From NCBI GenBank assembly GCA_963713975.1, contig OY970218.1:2944001-3008000 (forward strand): a stretch of 64,000 bases of DNA, in the 5' to 3' direction. Positions 18,757 to 24,981 of the stretch are shown piece by piece. Positions within the stretch are counted from its first letter, which is position 1; every line of letters begins with the position of its first letter. The stretch is from an uncultured Chloroflexia bacterium (lineage in GTDB: Bacteria; Chloroflexota; Limnocylindria; Limnocylindrales; CSP1-4). The notes beneath the pieces are model-generated. The model had not been told where the DNA came from and made no database searches. It saw nothing but the letters and a program-made list of their open reading frames with translations. The position numbers and the translations under genes are program-made.

Positions 18757-20116
18757 ACGGCTCGTCCTCTTGGCCGTTGTCCGGGACGGACCAAAGCGTC
18801 TTGCCGCCAGGAGGTCCCGGCTGCGCGGCGAACCGGCCGCGGTGCCGCGACAGGACGTTCCGGGCGTTGTTGGGGGTGGTGCCCGCCTCCCGGGCGAGGA
18901 ACGCTGCCTCGGACGGCCCGTGGTGGGCGAGGAGGTTGGCGAACCGGTCCGCGAGGGTCGGCCCCCGCTCCCCGTCGCTCGGGGCAGGGACGGTGGCCTC
19001 GGAGAACGCGATCGTCGCCTCGTCGTAGGACAGCCGGAGCGCCACCGGGGCAAGCTGTGCCCGAGAGGCGAGGGGCTTGGCGTTGGTCACGACGAGCACC
19101 CGGCCGTCGTCGTCGACCGTCGTGCACGCGACGTAGAAGGTGCCCCGGCTGCGGTTCTCCTTATAGACCGACCCGTACGGCTTGCGGACGTCCCGCTTGC
19201 CGATGTTTTCGCCCGACACGTGGTCGACCAGCAGGGCGGTCGTGTTGATGTGGCGCACGGCGTCGAACAGCCGGTTCGCGCTGTCGGCGTGGTCGCCCTC
19301 TCCGACGGTCCCCATCGCAGCCCCCACGGAGTCGACGACCAGGAGCCCGACGCCCTCCTCGGCCACGAGCCGTGCCACCGTGTCGGCCTCGTCGGCCAGC
19401 CGCCCGGCCATCCGGCGGTACAGGAGGTCGCCGGGCAGGACGGGGAGGTTGGCACCCCGGGCGATGGCGGCAACCCGGTCCTTGACGATGTAGTCCTCCT
19501 CCTCCCAGTCGAGGAGCAGCACCGGAGCCTTTCGGGGAACCCAGCCTGGCACTACGACGATCCCGGAGGCGACCGACACGCCCACGGCCGCCGCGAGGGT
19601 GCTCTTGCCGGTCCCGCCCGCCCCGAACAGGACGATGGCGGTCTGGGCCGGGAGAATCGGGTCCAAGCGCGGCCCTGGGTCGACCCGTGGCGGGAGGTCG
19701 GCCAGCGCCACGAGCGGAGCCCCGGCCGTGTGCAGTTGCAGGGTCGCGTGCACTATCTCGTCCACGACGGCGGCCCAGTCGAGGTCCACGGACCCAGCCC
19801 GCTCCGCCACCCGCTTTACGAGGCTCGCCCGGGTGCTGCCGGAGAGCAGGTTGAGGTGCTCGTACATGACCAGCCCGGGGACCGTGCGGATGCTGCGGGC
19901 TCCCGGGGCGGAGGAGAAGACGCTCACCTCGGCCCGAGCGCCCTCGCGGCCCCTGCCGACGTTGGCGAGGACGATCCGGATTCCCTTGTTGGGCACGGTC
20001 AGCTCGTAGGTGCCGAACCCGAGCTGCCGGAACTCGGTCGTGGCGGGCGGCTCCGCGAGCGCGGCGTCCGGGTCGGCCGCGAGGACCAACATCTCCTGCT
20101 CGGACAGGGCGCTCAT
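18755..20116 (-). CDS. AAA_25/RepA-like RecA-fold ATPase (putative replicative helicase) with C-terminal HTH
   Basis: Walker A GAGGTGKST, LLLDWEE, Walker B LLVVDS, LLVDH, PYGS; short wHTH-like C-terminus. Confidence 0.85.
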   Translation of the reverse strand: MSALSEQEMLVLAADPDAALAEPPATTEFRQLGFGTYELTVPNKGIRIVLANVGRGREGARAEVSVFSSAPGARSIRTVPGLVMYEHLNLLSGSTRASLVKRVAERAGSVDLDWAAVVDEIVHATLQLHTAGAPLVALADLPPRVDPGPRLDPILPAQTAIVLFGAGGTGKSTLAAAVGVSVASGIVVVPGWVPRKAPVLLLDWEEEDYIVKDRVAAIARGANLPVLPGDLLYRRMAGRLADEADTVARLVAEEGVGLLVVDSVGAAMGTVGEGDHADSANRLFDAVRHINTTALLVDHVSGENIGKRDVRKPYGSVYKENRSRGTFYVACTTVDDDGRVLVVTNAKPLASRAQLAPVALRLSYDEATIAFSEATVPAPSDGERGPTLADRFANLLAHHGPSEAAFLAREAGTTPNNARNVLSRHRGRFAAQPGPPGGKTLWSVPDNGQEDEP

Positions 20117-20394
20117 GCGAACGCCGCCGCGAACTCGGGGTACTGGTAGTCGAGGGGCGTCAGGACCGCGAACACGCAGCAGCGGTTGACTACGTGGCCG
20201 TTCTGGAGGCGCTCGAGGGTCGGGAGGTCAACCCGGCAGCCCCGGGGGCAGAACGCGCGGTCGCCGCACGGGCCGTCGTGGGTGACGCGGGGCTTGGGCG
20301 CGGCGGCCCACGACTCCGCGAGGGCCCGGCCGAGCTTGCGCCAGGTGTCGGGGGTGTCGGGCGGGGTCGCGGGAACAGGCTGGGTGGCGTGCAC
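20113..20394 (-). CDS. Small Cys-rich hypothetical protein (93 aa)
   Basis: ATGA overlap with the helicase start; GAAGGG upstream of GTG; five Cys. Confidence 0.55.
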   Translation of the reverse strand: MHATQPVPATPPDTPDTWRKLGRALAESWAAAPKPRVTHDGPCGDRAFCPRGCRVDLPTLERLQNGHVVNRCCVFAVLTPLDYQYPEFAAAFA

Positions 20395-20548
20395 GAAGGT
20401 TTCCCTTCGCTGCGCCGTGGTTCCCGCCCCGCTGATCCTAGGGGCGGCCCGCGCTGCTGCGTACTGTCAGGCCCCTTTCCGCACCACCGCGTGTCGGGCG
20501 GGTGGATTCGCTCCTCGGGATCCTGACCATCTTCGCTTGTCCTTGAAC

Positions 20549-20578
20549 ATTATACTCCCGGGGAGTATCCGAACACAA
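20549..20578 (-). promoter_or_regulatory. Sigma70-type promoter for the leftward (replication/integrase) operon, with palindromic operator
   Basis: Minus strand TTGTGT-18-TATAAT; perfect palindrome ATACTCCC-G-GGGAGTAT (20552-20568) covering the spacer and part of the -10. Confidence 0.7.
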
Positions 20579-20881
20579 GATATCGGGCTGCCTGCCCGGA
20601 CATGCCGGGCGGCAATGCTGGTGCTGTCACGAGCCCCAACCGACGCTCAGGGGCTTGTGACAGCGGGAAGTCGGACGGCGGCGTTTCCCTCCGGGTCGGG
20701 CCGCCGACAGAGGTCCGGGCGGCTTCGGGCGCTGGTCGGGCGCACCCGCAGGGCACGAAGGAGGGGAGACGCTGGCCCGCCGCGCCGAGCGCGACCAGTC
20801 AACGTCTCCGTTTCCTAGTCGCGTCCCGGGGCGAGCCCGTTAGCAGGATGATCGTCGTCGACCCGGGTTCGTGATGTCAAG

Positions 20882-20931
20882 CCACTAGATGTAGTGGTCC
20901 GTCGGCCTCCAGCCAGGCAGACATCTTGTGG
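20882..20931. promoter_or_regulatory. NrdR-box-like pair inside the element
   Basis: CCACTAGATGTAGTGG (20882-20897, near-perfect palindrome) and GGCAGACATCTTGTGG (20916-20931); abuts a minus-strand TTGACA (20875-20880). Confidence 0.55.
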
Positions 20932-21005
20932 TGCGCCCGCTACCGGCCGCGCGGCATGCCCCCGGGGAGGTCCGAGCCGCCGACAGGGACAGCGGTATGA
21001 GTGGT

Positions 21006-21049
21006 TTGACACAGCGCCAGTTCAGTTCGATGATACGTGAACTGAACTG
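21006..21049 (+). promoter_or_regulatory. Promoter and inverted-repeat operator of the cargo operon
   Basis: TTGACA (21006)-17-GATGAT; perfect 11-bp inverted repeat CAGTTCAGTTC-N10-GAACTGAACTG (21018-21049) flanking the -10. Confidence 0.7.
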
Positions 21050-21082
21050 CGGACCTACCGCAGACCTATCGGGGGCGCCGAG

Positions 21083-21799
21083 ATGACGGTGGAATCCGGG
21101 CGACCCGCCCGTCGCGTTACGTATCCGAACCTTCCGGATGCCAACTGGTGGGCGCTCCGGCGTAGGTTCCAGCAGACGATGCCGCGCGAGGTTGATGCGT
21201 CGTACTTGGCGACCGTCCTCAACATTGGCGAGGCCGCCGCCGGCAACCTGATCGGCCCGCTCCGCGCTGTCGGATTGATCGACGAGAACGGGCGGCCCAC
21301 GGATCTCGCGCTCGCATGGCGTGACGATGAGCAGTATCGAGAAGTCACACAGACGATGCTCGAGTCGGTGTACCCGCAGGGTCTGCGCGACGCCGCGCCC
21401 CCGCCGACCCCGGACCGTGCTGCGGTCGTGAGGTGGTTCTCACGGGCTACCGGCGCGGGCCAGGCGGCGACGGAACGAATGGCTCGACTGTATCTGCTCC
21501 TTGCGGCTGGCAATCCCGCCGGAGGCGAGCCCGCCGCAGCCGATCGTGCGCCTCGGCAGGGCCAAGGTGCCGCGGCGCCCGGTCGCGCCGCACGCCGTTC
21601 CCCAGCTGCGGGGCGGCCAGCATCCGCGGCAGCAGATACGCCAGTTGCCGCTCCAGCTCATGCTGCGACTCCGGCGACGCGCCACGCCCAGCCGTCGGTG
21701 CACATCGACATTCAGGTGCACATCGACCCGGCGGCGACCGCAGAGCAGATCGACCAGATCTTCGCGAGCATGGCGCGCCACCTTTATGACCGCGGGTGA
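21083..21799 (+). CDS. DUF5343-family protein
   Basis: YP...W..L...F....P..VD..YL, LRAVGLIDENGRPT, Y, low-complexity linker, C-terminal VHIDIQVHI..IDQIFASMA. Confidence 0.72.
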   Translation: MTVESGRPARRVTYPNLPDANWWALRRRFQQTMPREVDASYLATVLNIGEAAAGNLIGPLRAVGLIDENGRPTDLALAWRDDEQYREVTQTMLESVYPQGLRDAAPPPTPDRAAVVRWFSRATGAGQAATERMARLYLLLAAGNPAGGEPAAADRAPRQGQGAAAPGRAARRSPAAGRPASAAADTPVAAPAHAATPATRHAQPSVHIDIQVHIDPAATAEQIDQIFASMARHLYDRG

Positions 21800-22373
21800 T
21801 GGCGGCGCTTCGCGGTCGGCGCGGGACCTGCTGGCACGCGCGAGAGCGCTTGACGCGGAGCTAGCCGGCGCGGGCTTCCGCCCACCGAGTTCCCCTGCTG
21901 GCCCCTCGGCGGGCGCGCAAGCACCCGTCGCCGAAACCGACGTGATGGTGCGGTTTGATGCCCTCGTGACGGACCCGGACCTCAGCGCGGTCTGCCGGAC
22001 TCTCTTCCGCGATGGCCATTACGCTCGAGCAGTGGAGGAAGCCTTCAAGTTCCTGGCCAACGCCGTGAAGGGACGGTCGGGCGAGGGGGCGCGGGATGGA
22101 CAGGACTTGATGCTCCACGTCTTCAATCCCGAGGACCCGGTCCTTCGTCTGAACGCCCTGCGTCGTGTCTCCGAGAAGGACGAGCAAGCCGGCTACCGTT
22201 TCATGTTTGCGGGTGCGATGACCGGCATCCGTAATCCGAGGGCGCATGAGCACGCGCTGGGTGACCAGGCTGATGTCGCGCTCGAGATGCTGGTGATGGC
22301 GAACCATCTGATGCGGGTTGTTAGGCGCAGCACTCGGGTTAGGCGGCGACGCGTGGTGCGGGCGGGCCGTTGA
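21786..22373 (+). CDS. TIGR02391 (Ymh, HEPN-like) protein
   Basis: LFRDGHY..AV.EAFK, DG.DLM..VF, EQAG...MFAGA..GIRNPRAH (RxxxxH). Confidence 0.85.
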   Translation: MTAGDGGASRSARDLLARARALDAELAGAGFRPPSSPAGPSAGAQAPVAETDVMVRFDALVTDPDLSAVCRTLFRDGHYARAVEEAFKFLANAVKGRSGEGARDGQDLMLHVFNPEDPVLRLNALRRVSEKDEQAGYRFMFAGAMTGIRNPRAHEHALGDQADVALEMLVMANHLMRVVRRSTRVRRRRVVRAGR

Positions 22374-22402
22374 GCGGGCGCCCTGGTGCCATACTCGCGG
22401 CT

Positions 22403-23341
22403 ATGTCGATTCCGGACTACCAGACCCTCATGCTCCCGCTGCTGGAGTACCTCGCAGACGGCACCACGCGCCGCACGGTGCCCGATGTGACCGACCATCT
22501 CGCCAAGCGCTTCCACCTCACGCAGGCAGACCTCGACGAACGTCTGTCATCGGGCCAGTCGACCATCTACAACCGCACGCACTGGGCGGTCACGTATCTG
22601 TCGAAGGCCCTGGTCATCGACCGCGTCGGGCGTGGGAAGGTGGCGATCACACAGCGCGGCAAGGACGCGCTCGCCTCGAACCCGGACCGCGTGGATGTGA
22701 CCTTCCTCCGCCAGTACCCCGAGTTCGAGGCGTTCCGCACGAAGACCAAGGCGAAGGTCATCGCGCTCCCGCTGCTGACGAACACCGATGCGGTGGTGGC
22801 CGACCAGAACCCGGAGGAACTGCTCTACGGCACCTACGACGCCCTCCGTGCGGCGGTTGAGGCCGACATCCTTGATCGCCTCCAGACCGATGCTGTGTCG
22901 TGGGAGTCGTTCGAGCACCTTGTCGTGGACCTGCTCGGTCGGATGGGCTTCGGGTCGACCGTCGAGGAGGCGAGCCATCGTGTCACACGGAAGAGCGGGG
23001 ACGATGGGATCGACGGCGTGATCGATGAGGACCGGCTTGGGCTGGACGCCGTCTACATCCAGGCGAAGCGGTACGGCGCGAAGAACCCGGTCGGCCGTCC
23101 GGCGCTGCAGGCGTTTAATGGCAGCCTCGACGGCCAGCGCGCGTCTAAGGGCGTGTTCATTACGACCTCATCCTTCACTGCCGAAGCTGAGGACTACGTT
23201 CGACGTATCTCGAAGCGGATCGTCCTGCTCGATGGGAAGACGCTCGCGCGGCTCATGTACGAGCACGGCGTCGGCGTCAGGACCCGTCGGACGCTCGAGG
23301 TCAAGCGGGTGGATGAGGCGTACTTCGAGGGCGACGTCTAG
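22403..23341 (+). CDS. mrr: Mrr-family type IV restriction endonuclease
   Basis: Mrr_N MSIPDYQTLMLPLL..NRTHWA; catalytic GDDGIDG..D.LGLD.VYIQAKRY; KGVFITTS.F. Confidence 0.95.
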   Translation: MSIPDYQTLMLPLLEYLADGTTRRTVPDVTDHLAKRFHLTQADLDERLSSGQSTIYNRTHWAVTYLSKALVIDRVGRGKVAITQRGKDALASNPDRVDVTFLRQYPEFEAFRTKTKAKVIALPLLTNTDAVVADQNPEELLYGTYDALRAAVEADILDRLQTDAVSWESFEHLVVDLLGRMGFGSTVEEASHRVTRKSGDDGIDGVIDEDRLGLDAVYIQAKRYGAKNPVGRPALQAFNGSLDGQRASKGVFITTSSFTAEAEDYVRRISKRIVLLDGKTLARLMYEHGVGVRTRRTLEVKRVDEAYFEGDV

Positions 23342-23418
23342 CCCTCGCCGTCTGGGCGCCTAAGCGGCCCCGACGTACCACCCGAGCGGGTCCGCATGCG
23401 ACCGCCGTTCCCCAAGGA

Positions 23419-23434
23419 CCGTCCGGGGGCGCCA
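23419..23434 (+). repeat. attR core CCGTCCGGGGGCGCCA
   Basis: Exact copy of the tRNA-Arg 3' 16 nt. Confidence 0.9.
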
Positions 23435-23467
23435 TAGCCCTGCCGAAGCGATCCCGTCTCCGCAACC

Positions 23468-23530
23468 GACGAACAGACGGCCATGAAGGTCGTCGACGGC
23501 TCCGTCGAGGTGGTCTCCGAAGGGCAAAGG
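23468..23530 (+). pseudogene. C-terminal remnant of a peptidase E/S51-like gene
   Basis: Translates DEQTAMKVVDGSVEVVSEGQR, resembling the D.QTAIKVVDG.VEVVSEG end of S51 peptidases; no upstream part present. Confidence 0.45.
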
Positions 23531-23631
23531 CCGGGGCCCTTCCTCATGCCTGATGATCGGTCGTCGTGGCCTGCGACTACGCTGGACCGAGCGCGCCAGC
23601 ATTGCTTCACACCGCACTCCGGGAGCCGCTC

Positions 23632-24003
23632 ATGAGTCACGCAGTGATGCGCCAGGATGCCGCACCCCGGATCTTCGCGATGGCGTTCGCTTCCGTCTAC
23701 CCGCTCTACCTCGCGAAGGTGGAGAGGAAGGGCCGCACCCGCGACGAGCTGGATGCGGTGATCTGCTGGCTGACCGGCTACGACGAGCCGGAGCTCGCCC
23801 GGCACCTTGCCGCCGGCACGACCTTTGCAGACTTCTTCGCAGGCGCCCGGCTGAACGACAACTCAGCGCTCATCACTGGCGTGATCTGCGGGGTGCGCGT
23901 CGAAACGATCGAGGACCCGCTGATGCAGCAGATCCGCTACCTCGACAAGCTGGTGGACGAGCTCGCCAAGGGCCGCGCACTGGTGAAGGTGCTGCGCAGC
24001 TGA
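23632..24003 (+). CDS. DUF2200 family protein
   Basis: FASVYPLYLAKVERKGRT, ICWLTGY, ITGVICG.RVE.IEDPLMQQIRYLDKLVDELAKG. Confidence 0.9.
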   Translation: MSHAVMRQDAAPRIFAMAFASVYPLYLAKVERKGRTRDELDAVICWLTGYDEPELARHLAAGTTFADFFAGARLNDNSALITGVICGVRVETIEDPLMQQIRYLDKLVDELAKGRALVKVLRS

Positions 24004-24052
24004 GCGCCTCGCGTCGGCGCGCGGGGCGGAGTCGGCCGGCGTGCGCCGCGAG

Positions 24053-24577
24053 TCAGGAGCCTCGCTGCGCCGGTGGCGCCGGGAACGTCATCCGATCGAG
24101 CTCCCGGCCGATCCGGTAGGCGTACTCCACGATCGACTGCCAGTCGCGGAAGTCGCCGATGCGATGCGTCTGGAGGACCTGTGAGTCGACGGCCGCGTCC
24201 GGAGCCAGCTTGCCGCCGAACGTCCTGTGGGCACGCGCTCCGAGCCCCGCGGTGACCTCCGCACCGTATGGCGTGATCGGCTGGTCGGCGCGGGCGAGGC
24301 GGCGATCGAGGGGTCCACCGCTGAACAGCCAGAGGGGACGGGCCTGGAGGCCCTCGCGGAAGCGCTCGACGAACCGGCGGGCGTCCCGCTGCCAGTGCGC
24401 CGCATAGACGGCGCTGCCCAGGATCACGGCATCCCAGTCGTCGAGACCCGTGACATCGTGGGCGGGGACGGCAAGCGCGCGATGGCCGCCATCGCGCAGG
24501 ACCTGGGCGATCGTCTCGGCGATCTCACCGGTGGAACCAAGCTTGGTCGCATAGGCGACGAGGACACGAGCTGGCAT
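24053..24577 (-). CDS. Flavodoxin_5 (HemG-like) protein, copy 1
   Basis: VLVAYATKLGSTGEIA, VILGSAVY, WLFSGGP, DFRDW. Confidence 0.85.
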   Translation of the reverse strand: MPARVLVAYATKLGSTGEIAETIAQVLRDGGHRALAVPAHDVTGLDDWDAVILGSAVYAAHWQRDARRFVERFREGLQARPLWLFSGGPLDRRLARADQPITPYGAEVTAGLGARAHRTFGGKLAPDAAVDSQVLQTHRIGDFRDWQSIVEYAYRIGRELDRMTFPAPPAQRGS

Positions 24578-24667
24578 TGGGTTCCCGTCAATTGCGATCA
24601 CGCCGGTGGATCGGCCGCGACGGGAACATCTTGCCGCCCGGAGCCAAATCGCGCGGAGCGTCGTCGC

Positions 24668-24886
24668 ATGGGCGGGGGAGCCGCCGTCACGAACGGCTGC
24701 AACACCCGCGTGCGCTTGGCCCAGTTCCGCGATGGGCTCTGCGACCTGAACGCCGACTACCGCGAGGCCCTCATCGAGTTCCCGGCGGTGATGGAGCCCA
24801 TTGTGGCGATCCACCCCCTCGGTGGCGGACCCTTCGCGGGCGACGCCGGGCGGATCAAGCCGGGACGGCTCGTGCGGCCGACCTGA
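24668..24886 (+). pseudogene. Possible C-terminal fragment of a phenylacetate-CoA-ligase-like gene
   Basis: L..LNADYREA...P..GGPFAGDAGRIK resembles the end of PaaK-like ligases; only about 70 codons. Confidence 0.3.
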
Positions 24887-24919
24887 CGCCCGCCGGGCGG
24901 GGCAGTCAGTCCAGGGCAC

Positions 24920-24959
24920 GAAGAAGCCCCCGGTCCCGACAGATGTCCGGACCGGGGGC
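24920..24959 (-). terminator. Intrinsic terminator-like hairpin after the 5'-nucleotidase gene
   Basis: 11-bp stem GCCCCCGGTCC/GGACCGGGGGC followed by TTCTTC on the minus strand. Confidence 0.6.
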
Positions 24960-24981
24960 CGATGATCCCGACGGGATCAGG

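Larger units (their letters stand above)
14671..23434. mobile_element. Integrative, phage-satellite-like element at the tRNA-Arg 3' end (~8.8 kb)
   Basis: Flanked by a 16-bp direct repeat equal to the tRNA 3' end; contains a serine recombinase, helicase plus iterons, TerS-like protein and defence-type cargo. Confidence 0.88.

Noticed and set aside
20545-20582. GAAC half-sites near the element promoter as LexA (GAAC-N4-GTTC) boxes
   Set aside because: Second halves read TACT and GATA; too poor a match to claim SOS control
20810-20850. GGGACGC/GCTAAC segment as a c-di-GMP-I riboswitch or ribozyme
   Set aside because: Lacks the GCAAA..GAAA tetraloop/receptor architecture and any hammerhead/HDV core I can identify
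14671-23434. Element as an intact prophage or conjugative element
   Set aside because: No capsid, portal, large terminase, tail, lysis, relaxase or T4SS genes recognised in 8.8 kb
23360-23617. 85-aa minus-strand ORF as an independent gene
   Set aside because: It spans attR; only its last codons make sense, as the attP-side tail of the integrase
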